Position numbers and translations under genes: made by a program
Notes under the pieces: generated by a model
What the model saw: the letters and a program-made list of their open reading frames with translations, nothing else
Told to the model about the DNA's origin: nothing
The model's database searches: none
Virus record (IMG/VR): IMGVR_UViG_3300044970_000972
Span: 1 to 33,479 of that record
Origin: a virus
Lineage: Duplodnaviria > Caudoviricetes
Reading direction: 5' to 3' (one strand)
DNA: 33,479 nucleotides
Shown: positions 19,501-28,441 of the stretch, piece by piece
Layout of the letters: each line of letters opens with the position of its first letter
Numbering within the stretch: position 1 is the stretch's first letter

Positions 19501-22500
19501 AATTCTAAATCTATCTTTATTAATTCTTATTGCGTATACGTCTGATGGTAAAATATTTGTTACAACTCCAACAGAATTTAATGTGGATCCAATTCCAACT
19601 GAAGAAGCAGCAACTCCAACAAATGTTGAATTTGGAGTATAGATTAATTTTTCTCCAGTATTAAAGAAGTGATCTTGAATTGTAAATATACCTGTTACTG
19701 GATCTAAAGTCGCAGAATCTGATGGATTAAATTTCTTCTCAAAGATAGGAACACCTTCATAATTAAGTGAAAAACTAGTTTTATTTGCTCTTGTTCCATT
19801 AATCGCATCATATTGAAGTAGAGATAATGATTCTGTAACTGGTCCATACAATAAGTCTGGAGCAGTATTCGCAGAATCACTTTCAGTATAAATTACTTCA
19901 CTGAAAGTTTGAATTTGAATATTACCAGAAACTGAAGGATCTGGATGGAAAAGAAGATTAAAGTTAGATCCATTATATTGTGTTGAAAATGTTCCAATTC
20001 CAGAAGTACTTCCAATGGATATGAATGGATATTGAACATTATATGTGTTTTGACCATTATGCGCCATCAGCACTTGATGAATAGCACTTGTAGATCCATA
20101 AGAAACTCTTATCAAGTTCTTAGAAGTGGTTACTTCGGAAGTACTAAATCCAACAATAGTTGATGCTGATGATACATTAGAATAATTGGACTCTAACTTT
20201 AGGGATCTTTCTGTTCCATCTATTTGTTGAGTCTGTTTGAATCTATAAGTACCAATTCCAGCAGCAGTCGTCCCAAATCCAACAATCTTGGATCTAACTA
20301 AAATTTCATTAGAAGTATTGTTTTCATATTTTAAGTATAAAATCCCAGAATCTATATTTGATGTGAAAGTGCCAATAAAGTTAGATGAGAAAAGTGGGGA
20401 AGATCCACTATCAACATAGTATTCTGAGAAATACGAATTAGTTCCGTCATGAGTTACATATAATTCTACAAAATTCTTTTCACTTGTAGAATTATTGGTA
20501 ACCTCTACCGTAGCATAATATGAATTAGTATTTAAAATATTGTCAGAAATAATTTCAGATGTTTGTCCAGCACTTACGATTCTGTTTACACCTGTTAAAT
20601 CCACAAATCCAATTGATTGTGTAGAAATTCCCGCTAGATCACTATTGAATGTATTTTTGAAAACTTTGATATCATAATCACTATCATAGGCATCTGCTGG
20701 AGTAAATCTTAAACTGGAGCTTCCAAATTCATCAGTATTAGCAGATATTTCAACTAATTCTTGAGAACTATTAAACAGATTTGATTTTTCAAAAGTAAAT
20801 GTATCACTTGAATCATTATAGAATGCCAATTCAGTGACCTGAATGTCATCATTGTTTGGATTTACAATTTGGACTAAAAATCTTGAGTATTCTTCGCCAA
20901 TAAACAAATCAACATATTGATCCAATGGAGATAGAGAATTTGAGAATTGTGAACTTATATCATCTATTTTTAATACTCTATTTGTTCTACACTCAATATA
21001 ATCTGCTAATTTTTTATTTTTTAATTTTAAAAATTTTGATTTATTATCAACAACATCAACATCTAAAGTCAAATCATAATTATTAATTGTATCTACTCTC
21101 TTTTCTTCTAAAATATCAAAAATACTTATGCTATCAACTGTTGATGATCCGACAGAAACATTAGATGTAGATAGTACCTCGGTGTCGGCAAAATTCTTAA
21201 GACCGCTGGTGTGTAACAGACGATTTACTGGATTGATTAGATTTTCAAATTCAATCGGACTCTTTACAGTATAAGATAAAGACTGGTAGTAGTCATTATC
21301 TGGAAGAACCTGATAATCTTCGTCTAATTTTCCAATATTATCTGACCAACCGTAATCTTGTCTCAGTGAATAATTAACGTTGAATCTTCCATAGTTGTCA
21401 ACTATATCATTGATTGTGGCAATAGATCCGCTTACAGAACCCTTAATAGTCTCATTAAACCGTAACTTGTAAGTACCATAAACTTTAATGTAATCGCTAC
21501 TACTTTCAGTTACTAAAAGATCGATAATTACAAACTGATCATTTGATAATACAAGTAGGTTTTCTCCTACTTGGAAAATAGAAGATTCTTGTGTAACTCT
21601 AAATCTTGGATAATCATCATATTTAACTATGGACGCATATGAATTTTGTGACGTTTTAGCAATTCCAGGATTTGTGCTAAGTCCAGCTAGATTAAACTCA
21701 ACTTCAGCTGGGTTTGTATTTCTATAATCAGTTACAGTAAAGAATTGGTAGTCATAATTTGTGGAATTAAATCCATCGCCAGTGGTGTCATACTGTTGAA
21801 TCCCTTCAACAAAAATTTTCTCACCAACATTAAATGTTGAGGTGCTGAATCCAGAAATAGGTGTGACTAAAACGCAAGTTACAATTCCACTTGATGATGA
21901 ATATACAGTTCTTACAGTAACTCCATTACTATTATTGATGGCAACAATAGACTGCTCGGTTGCACCAAGTCCTTTTGGAGACTCAATAATATTAACATCT
22001 ACAATTGATGTTCCATTCAGAGATGCTTGTAATATTCCTGTGGTAACTTGATCCCCAGTTTCTGGATTGACAATAATAAGATCTGGAGCAGATGTATAAT
22101 TTCTACCACCATACGAAACTTCAATATTAGTAATCGTATCTGAATTAATTAAAGATACTACTGGAGATACAAATGCTTCTGGTCTCAAAGTTTTATCAGA
22201 TGAGTATTCAAATCCAGGATCTATAATCCTAACACTATCAATTCTGTTAATATTTCTGGATTGTGGTAAAATCTTAGCATTAAGTCCTTGAGTAGAAGCA
22301 ATACTTACAAAAGTTGGAAGTTTTTTATATCCAAATCCACCAAACGTAATTTGGAACTTATCAACACCACCTCTAGCGGTGGTTGAATTTGTAGAATACT
22401 CCAATACATCTGTATTTGAAACACTATATGTTAAAGATTCTGGTATCTCTCTTAGTGAAAGATTAAATGAGGTAGTTCCAACACCAAATACCTTATAGGT

Positions 22501-25500
22501 TCCATTATACTTACTATCAACATAAGTTATTTTGGAATAATTTGATACATCAGTATCGGATGTACTAATGAATCCAGATCTTTCAATATTGTAGAACAAA
22601 TTAGATGGATTATTAGAAGAGTAATTTAATGTTAGAGAAGCATTTGTAGAAACGCCTATTGTTCCAACACCACTAATAATAAATGAATCCGTGCTTCCTG
22701 TAGAAACAAATTCATTTTTAAACTCTAAATCATAGAATAACTTAAACTTACTACCTACCAATGAAGAATCGGTAAGATCAAAAACTAGATTATTATTTTT
22801 TGTTACAAATAATTCTGGATTAATTGGAGATAGTTGATGGTTTGACCCACCTGTTGAACCCAAACTTACAATAGTTGGTGGATAGTTGATAGCATCATAA
22901 TAAGTTTGAGTTAATTGGATATTGTTATCATCTATTCGGTAAACAAAATATTCACCTGTCCCAAGACCACTTGAAACTAAATTAGAGTCATAAAATACTT
23001 TATCACCTGTTTTTAATCTGTGAGAACTAATTGTAATTTTATTGTTAGTTAAATCAACGGCCGATGAAGAAAATCCAACAGGATTAATTAGAATTTTATT
23101 TCTAGAAGAACTATATTTAACAATCACTGCAGATGATGTTCCTACACCAACAGATTCATTTGCGTTTACAGTTAATGTAATTGAATCGCCATTTGTTAAA
23201 GAATGTGCTGTTGAGACGGAAACTCTAGCATTAATTTTTTGGAGTGTTCCAGTTACTTGAGTATCGTTTGATTCAAGTAAATAGTCAAACTCATTAGATC
23301 CATTATTTACAAAGAATAAACCATTAGTACTTGTAGTAAGTCCAACTTGAGTTACAATTCCAATATAGTCTCTTGACTTATTGATTATGTAAACTGTCTG
23401 ACTATTTCCACTACTTGGCAGATTAAAGGTTGTTCCACCAGAAGAATTTGATACGGTCAGCGCAAGTCCAACTGATGGTTTGGTAAGAGTGACCGCCTGA
23501 TTTGTTCTAAATGGATGATTTGGTAAATAAATGCTTTGCGATGGAATTGAAACTACTTCAAGTAATTCACCTTTGGTGTAGTTTACAGAAGTACCAATTC
23601 CTACAATTGTACCAACACCAACTGTTTCTCTTGGATTGAAGTAATATCTATCATCAACTTTAGACTCAAAATAGTCAGATTTTACTGGTAACGTTAGATA
23701 ACTTGGAATTAAATCTACATATGTTGACGCAGTATGAGCAGATCCAGATACCCCCCTCTTAACTCTTATGATATTCTTGTCTGCAAACTTATTAAGAACA
23801 AAAAGTCTTTCAGTTCCTATTCCAATGCTACTGCCGATTGAAATAGAATTTGGAATATTGGATAAGTAAACATCAGTTACAACACCAGCAGTAGCATTGG
23901 AAGATATTTCTTTGTAAACTACTGTTCTGACAGTGTTGACTCCAATAATATGAGAACCAGTTAAAGATTTTATTGATGTTGAAAGACCCGATACTACAAC
24001 TCCATCACCACTAAGTAAAGAGTGTGATGTTGAGATGTAAGCAGAAACTTGATTTGGATTATCCCAAATAAAGATTACATTACTGTATCCCTCAACAGTT
24101 GTTTGAATACTAGTGATATCCTTACCAGTTATGCTGCTAACATAGGCACTTAGACCACCACCATTCGTTCCATCATTATCAAATTCAACAGAATCTCCTA
24201 TTTTATATTCGCTACCAGACTCAATAATTTGGAATGATTCAACAGATCCTTTAGTTACGGAATCAACAATTGCTGTTTGATCAACATATTCATTTGATTC
24301 AACAATAAAATCATTATCCGCATATGTATCAGATACTTTATATGGGAAGGTATTTCTAATTAAATTTGAACTATTAAAGTCAAATGTGCTCTGATCAATA
24401 ATAAAGTTTTCATTTACTGGATTTGATCTATAAGAATTTCCTATAAAATAAGGATATTTTGGATCTAAAGTTCCAGTAGATGTATTTGTGCTTATACCAA
24501 CAAAGTAAGCATAAACTCCATCTGGATAATCTGGAGTTTTACAATATCTACCATTATTTTCATCTAGATCACCCGAATCTGTAAATGAATAGTCTTCAAC
24601 AAAAAATCCTACAGCAAATGCAGAGGGTCTATCAATTACATTAGAAGAACTGGAAGAATATCCAGTTTGTAAAAGTCGTATACCAGAATTCTCATTAGAT
24701 GGGTTGCTATATCCATAAGGACCATAAATTGGATTTCCATCATATGCCCACCCAATAATTGGTGAGTGATCTAATCCACTATCATCAAAATAATTTTTAC
24801 CAATGTTTGTAGAGTATCCTACAAAAGAATATTTCAATTGATCGTTAGACTGGACTAGTTTTTCAAATCCATATCTAGCAAAATTATTAATTGATAATCC
24901 TCTAATTTTTGGTTCAATAATCGCCCCAGATCCAGGAGCAGTCACCTTAATTGTAGTTTTGTCTAATGTATAGTTTACACCAGAATTAAGAACAATAATT
25001 TCTGAAATATATCCATTTTGAACAATTGCTCTCAACTTCGCCCCAATACCATCACCCTGTACCTCAAGATCTGGAGCAGCATTATACTCAGATCCTCTAC
25101 TTTGAATTTCAACAGAAACAATTCTGCCATTATTAATGATTGGTTTTAATTGACCATTCTTACCATTTTTGATGGTTACAGATGGTTTCTTTTGAAGATT
25201 TAAAATATCAGATCCATATCCAGATCCACCCTCATAAACATAAGCATCAACGATTGATCCACGTACAACTGGTGTTGCTGTTATAACACCAGAAGTTCCA
25301 GAATACTCAACATTAATATTGACTTGAATTTGAGGGTACTCAAAATTATGATAACCAGATCCAGTAGATGCTAATTTGATATAATTTTTACGAGTATAAT
25401 TAGATGTTACAGTTCCACCAATCCCAGCATCTGATAATCTAAATGCGTTATCATTTAATTTAATAACATAGTATTGATTTATTGTAGAGAGACCAGATAT

Positions 25501-28440
25501 TGTAGTTCCTGTGCTAGAATAAACAACTTTTTCACCGTCACCAAATCCATGATTAGCAAAATTAACAGATGAGTCTATTGTAGATATTCCTACAGGTTTT
25601 ACAATTAGTTTTCTGTTTTGATATCCACTTCCTGGATTAATTACTTTGACAGACTGTAAAGTATTTTTATCATCATAAATTCTAAATTTATGAACTCCAA
25701 TATTACTTGCCGTCGTAAATCCTACCGTATTAATTCCAACATAATAGTCGGAAAAAGTTTGATGTAATTTTATAGATGTTGGGTTAACAATTGATGCGTA
25801 ATATACAGATCCACTCTGTAGAGTCTTATTCTGATCAGTGTTTAAACCACCAAAAGTACCAATGCTTACTGGATTGTTTCCATTTTTATTATAAACAATT
25901 GCTTGACCATTTGATAGATTGTGATTATTAATAAAGGTTATAGTTTCGTTAGTAACATCTATTCCACCAGATTCTGTGTTCAGTCTGGCATCAAAAGATA
26001 GTTCCCTATATCTTTTTCCAATAATAGGTTGTAGTACAACTCCGCTGCCATTTCCACCAGTTACAGTTATTGATACCACATTATCAATATCAAAGTCTTG
26101 TGGATCAACATAAACTGCTGTTACGATACCACTAATAACAGGACGAACTAAACATGTAGTACCAGACCCTGGATTTGAAATTTGAATGGTGGGTGGATTA
26201 ATTACATCATAATTTAATCCACTGTTTAATATTTCTACATTTTCTATTGGACCATAATAAATTTGATCATCGGATTTGTAGTTTGTAATTTCAACACCGT
26301 TGATTAGCATCCCAACTGGTCCAGGAACAGTTTCTACACCATATCCCGATTCAATGTTTGGATTTATTGGAAACTTTTTAAGTAATTTTTGTGGTCCTAT
26401 TTTTTTACCACTATTTTCCAATAATGTAAACGTATGACTACCAGTTCCAGACGAGAGTGGTTCAAATTCAATATAATCATCAATAGGTATAAAAGATCTT
26501 GATGAATAAAGTCTAATTTGGTTCTTATTAGTTAATACCTTTACATAATAAATTCCTTCAGAGAGACCCGTAATATCAGTTGTTTGTGGAGAATAATAAA
26601 CGGCATCACCGGTGATGAAAGGTACATCACTATCAAACGATAGAATGGAGTACTTTAAAGTTGAAGCATCATATCCCTGGATTCTTGATCCAGTTGCTTC
26701 AACTAAAGTTGCTTTAGAAATATTCTTAGTTATTTCATAAGATGGTAAAGAGTTTGAGGCAATGTAAAAATATTGATCAGAATCATTGTAAACATTTTGA
26801 ACATCTGAAGTAATTACATTATTACCATAAACAATTTCTGCACCAGAACTAATAGACTTGTTTAGATTTCTTCTGATATCATAGGAAAGTCCAACTACTG
26901 GGGCAAATCCCGCCAAATTATCAAGTAAAATTTCTTTTGTTAATGGGTTAATGTTTTTTACAATAGCACCACTAACAACTACATTTTGTGTTCCTCTTAC
27001 TAAAACATCTATGTTATCATTTTCCTTTAAACTTGATTTATCAATTTCAGAATACAGAGTGTAAGAAGATCCAGAGATCTCTTTAATTTGATATCTAGAT
27101 GATGTATTATAAATCCAAGAATTTGAAAAAATTTGTTTTTTGGTTTTATCTTCTTCTGGATTTAGAATTTTTTCACCAAGATTTTTTACAAAAATTCTTT
27201 CACCTTCTGAAGTTAATTTAATATCAGAAGTTGGGACAAATTCAGATAAAACTCCAGTAATTCTGAGCTCTACTTTTTTAGTTAAATCTCCATTTTCATA
27301 ACCATAAATTGTTTCGTCCGACCTTAAATCGGAAGACGAACTAATAGCAGAAGATATTCCACTACAATTTAAAAATTGGTTGATTGTTTTATCAGTATAT
27401 GTGATACTATTACCACTGGAGATAACGTTTCCTGATGTACTAAAACCAATTGTTGAATCAACTGTGATTACAGAGGAACCAACTGAAACAGTTCCTATTA
27501 CCTTGGTTTTTCCTGGGATAATAAATGTACCTTCAATTAAGTCCTTTTCATCAAATCCGACAAATAATCCTAATTTGTAATATGTCCTTCCTTTTCTACT
27601 AATAATTTCAACTTCAGACACTGAAGCTTGAGTATTTACGTCAGTTGATTTTCTAATTGTTTGTCCAACTAGATTATTTGGATCTCCAGAAATTCTTTCT
27701 GCAAGTACGATTTCTCTTCTAATAAACTGAGCAGAAGATGGTTTTAAAAGATATTGCTCAAGATCAATTACCTTTGGTGTAACTCCATACAAAACATTAA
27801 AAAGAATTCTAAAAGATTCTTCTGTTCCTTTTGATTGGTAAAATGCCTTAGATTCCTTAATAAAATTACTTACATCTAAATTAGATACAAAATCAACGTT
27901 TTCTAATCCAGGAGTAAGAGTGTACTTAATTTTTTTATAAAATTCTTTTAAAAATAAAGAACTTAGATTGGAAACAATTTTACCAGAAGTATGTGATGTT
28001 GCTGAAGAAGTTGAAAAAACTAATTCACCTGGAGCATTATCAGCATGATAAGATGTAATTCCACTAAATCCGCGAACACATCCGATAAAAGTATTAGTTG
28101 TTACTCCAGTGTAGGTAATGATCTCATCATCAATCTTAAAGAGTCCATATTGATTTGGAAACCCTTTAGTGCTATCTACTTGAATTGATGAACTTGTGCT
28201 AGTAATACCAACAGATAGAAACGTCTGACCAGTAATTACTTCAGGTGTTAAATTATCTAATCTTAAATATTGATCTAAATTATCTACAATATCAACCGTT
28301 CCACCAGAAAATTCCTGTGAAATATAATATTGCTTTAAAAATTCTGATGCCTTTGGACTCTCTGATAAAATATATTCTGGAAGTTGATTTTCAACAATCT
28401 GTTGTATTTGTACTCTTGTTTCAAACCCTGTTGCTATCAT
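16567..28440 (-). CDS. gp7: Giant baseplate wedge initiator (gp7-like, 3957 aa)
   Basis: Lies between gp6 and gp8; N-terminal QLPEYI...FLKQYY, FYQSKGTEESFRILFNVLYG; DNDYYQSLSYTVKS...LLHTSGLKNF motif; many inserted repeats. Confidence 0.8.
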   Translation of the reverse strand: MIATGFETRVQIQQIVENQLPEYILSESPKASEFLKQYYISQEFSGGTVDIVDNLDQYLRLDNLTPEVITGQTFLSVGITSTSSSIQVDSTKGFPNQYGLFKIDDEIITYTGVTTNTFIGCVRGFSGITSYHADNAPGELVFSTSSATSHTSGKIVSNLSSLFLKEFYKKIKYTLTPGLENVDFVSNLDVSNFIKESKAFYQSKGTEESFRILFNVLYGVTPKVIDLEQYLLKPSSAQFIRREIVLAERISGDPNNLVGQTIRKSTDVNTQASVSEVEIISRKGRTYYKLGLFVGFDEKDLIEGTFIIPGKTKVIGTVSVGSSVITVDSTIGFSTSGNVISSGNSITYTDKTINQFLNCSGISSAISSSSDLRSDETIYGYENGDLTKKVELRITGVLSEFVPTSDIKLTSEGERIFVKNLGEKILNPEEDKTKKQIFSNSWIYNTSSRYQIKEISGSSYTLYSEIDKSSLKENDNIDVLVRGTQNVVVSGAIVKNINPLTKEILLDNLAGFAPVVGLSYDIRRNLNKSISSGAEIVYGNNVITSDVQNVYNDSDQYFYIASNSLPSYEITKNISKATLVEATGSRIQGYDASTLKYSILSFDSDVPFITGDAVYYSPQTTDITGLSEGIYYVKVLTNKNQIRLYSSRSFIPIDDYIEFEPLSSGTGSHTFTLLENSGKKIGPQKLLKKFPINPNIESGYGVETVPGPVGMLINGVEITNYKSDDQIYYGPIENVEILNSGLNYDVINPPTIQISNPGSGTTCLVRPVISGIVTAVYVDPQDFDIDNVVSITVTGGNGSGVVLQPIIGKRYRELSFDARLNTESGGIDVTNETITFINNHNLSNGQAIVYNKNGNNPVSIGTFGGLNTDQNKTLQSGSVYYASIVNPTSIKLHQTFSDYYVGINTVGFTTASNIGVHKFRIYDDKNTLQSVKVINPGSGYQNRKLIVKPVGISTIDSSVNFANHGFGDGEKVVYSSTGTTISGLSTINQYYVIKLNDNAFRLSDAGIGGTVTSNYTRKNYIKLASTGSGYHNFEYPQIQVNINVEYSGTSGVITATPVVRGSIVDAYVYEGGSGYGSDILNLQKKPSVTIKNGKNGQLKPIINNGRIVSVEIQSRGSEYNAAPDLEVQGDGIGAKLRAIVQNGYISEIIVLNSGVNYTLDKTTIKVTAPGSGAIIEPKIRGLSINNFARYGFEKLVQSNDQLKYSFVGYSTNIGKNYFDDSGLDHSPIIGWAYDGNPIYGPYGYSNPSNENSGIRLLQTGYSSSSSNVIDRPSAFAVGFFVEDYSFTDSGDLDENNGRYCKTPDYPDGVYAYFVGISTNTSTGTLDPKYPYFIGNSYRSNPVNENFIIDQSTFDFNSSNLIRNTFPYKVSDTYADNDFIVESNEYVDQTAIVDSVTKGSVESFQIIESGSEYKIGDSVEFDNDGTNGGGLSAYVSSITGKDITSIQTTVEGYSNVIFIWDNPNQVSAYISTSHSLLSGDGVVVSGLSTSIKSLTGSHIIGVNTVRTVVYKEISSNATAGVVTDVYLSNIPNSISIGSSIGIGTERLFVLNKFADKNIIRVKRGVSGSAHTASTYVDLIPSYLTLPVKSDYFESKVDDRYYFNPRETVGVGTIVGIGTSVNYTKGELLEVVSIPSQSIYLPNHPFRTNQAVTLTKPSVGLALTVSNSSGGTTFNLPSSGNSQTVYIINKSRDYIGIVTQVGLTTSTNGLFFVNNGSNEFDYLLESNDTQVTGTLQKINARVSVSTAHSLTNGDSITLTVNANESVGVGTSSAVIVKYSSSRNKILINPVGFSSSAVDLTNNKITISSHRLKTGDKVFYDSNLVSSGLGTGEYFVYRIDDNNIQLTQTYYDAINYPPTIVSLGSTGGSNHQLSPINPELFVTKNNNLVFDLTDSSLVGSKFKLFYDLEFKNEFVSTGSTDSFIISGVGTIGVSTNASLTLNYSSNNPSNLFYNIERSGFISTSDTDVSNYSKITYVDSKYNGTYKVFGVGTTSFNLSLREIPESLTYSVSNTDVLEYSTNSTTARGGVDKFQITFGGFGYKKLPTFVSIASTQGLNAKILPQSRNINRIDSVRIIDPGFEYSSDKTLRPEAFVSPVVSLINSDTITNIEVSYGGRNYTSAPDLIIVNPETGDQVTTGILQASLNGTSIVDVNIIESPKGLGATEQSIVAINNSNGVTVRTVYSSSSGIVTCVLVTPISGFSTSTFNVGEKIFVEGIQQYDTTGDGFNSTNYDYQFFTVTDYRNTNPAEVEFNLAGLSTNPGIAKTSQNSYASIVKYDDYPRFRVTQESSIFQVGENLLVLSNDQFVIIDLLVTESSSDYIKVYGTYKLRFNETIKGSVSGSIATINDIVDNYGRFNVNYSLRQDYGWSDNIGKLDEDYQVLPDNDYYQSLSYTVKSPIEFENLINPVNRLLHTSGLKNFADTEVLSTSNVSVGSSTVDSISIFDILEEKRVDTINNYDLTLDVDVVDNKSKFLKLKNKKLADYIECRTNRVLKIDDISSQFSNSLSPLDQYVDLFIGEEYSRFLVQIVNPNNDDIQVTELAFYNDSSDTFTFEKSNLFNSSQELVEISANTDEFGSSSLRFTPADAYDSDYDIKVFKNTFNSDLAGISTQSIGFVDLTGVNRIVSAGQTSEIISDNILNTNSYYATVEVTNNSTSEKNFVELYVTHDGTNSYFSEYYVDSGSSPLFSSNFIGTFTSNIDSGILYLKYENNTSNEILVRSKIVGFGTTAAGIGTYRFKQTQQIDGTERSLKLESNYSNVSSASTIVGFSTSEVTTSKNLIRVSYGSTSAIHQVLMAHNGQNTYNVQYPFISIGSTSGIGTFSTQYNGSNFNLLFHPDPSVSGNIQIQTFSEVIYTESDSANTAPDLLYGPVTESLSLLQYDAINGTRANKTSFSLNYEGVPIFEKKFNPSDSATLDPVTGIFTIQDHFFNTGEKLIYTPNSTFVGVAASSVGIGSTLNSVGVVTNILPSDVYAIRINKDRFRISTRSNFASSGIYVTFTSLGSGNAHELEMYKKNEKTLIDIDGIIQSPLAFTPIKTNLYNNGGQISNSSTVFGVTGITSIRPNNIVRIDDEYMKVVSVGFGTTSTGPISGSGSVNLLEVSRAFVGTSATSHADSTEVRLYSGSFNIVGNKIYFTDAPKGKNTILRDSSNLEYTRSSFDGRVYLRNDYTNNRIFDDISDRFTGIGQTYTVTVQGINTTGIQTGSGILLLNGIFQKPSTINNTGNNYSFIENVGVSSVVFTGITSSNGSIVKSQFDVNQNQLPRGGVIVSLGSSGGLGIAPLVGASVTAVVGAGGTIVSVGLGTTDISGSGYRGTISIGITQTGHVGTAASITAIVGLGGTLAFTIVNSGTGYTNPTIQIPQPSYENLEIRGVSRLGAGATTDSGSGLLVTVDVGASSTTGIGSTLFEVTSFKIARTGYGFKVGDVFTPVGLVTDRRLASPINDFQLTVLDVYTDRLSSWEFGEFDYIDSILSLQDGNRLRFPLNYNGQLISFEVNSNDPDSSLIDLNSLLLIFVNGILQTPGESYTFEGGTSFTFMVPPEPEDNISIFFYKGTTGTDSISVSINETIKVGDAVQVFKNNNYPQTIDQNLRTIYNIASSDKIETNLYVDQGIDQINFKPLSWTKQKVDRYINGDYVYKSRDSIESLVYPTARIIKNLSSSATELFVDDAQFFNYEENNSVLVISSVGGLIVTGDSPVAAGLTAVVSAGGTIQSLSIVSSGSGYVGSAITVSISAPPTVGVGVGTTATATATITNGQVTSTTIVNQGFGYSQNNPPQVLSPLPTFSKEDVNNITTVEGFAGIITGISTTSGTSGNPLALKFNLNATSFVGLVTGYPLYIFNTSVGSGVTSIDGSNSAVVGIGTTFLDNIYYIHSITSSGSNSEIVANVHSSSNIIGINTSGSTSQPIGRFSWGRLSGFNRSSNPISLGVTGFTIDAGLSTFPSIQRRDYGLRDSGALRKDLG

Positions 28441-28441
28441 C

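Noticed and set aside
7907-28440. Inteins, introns or homing endonucleases explaining the giant ORFs
   Set aside because: No Hint, LAGLIDADG, HNH or GIY-YIG motifs were recognised by eye; length is explained by repeats.
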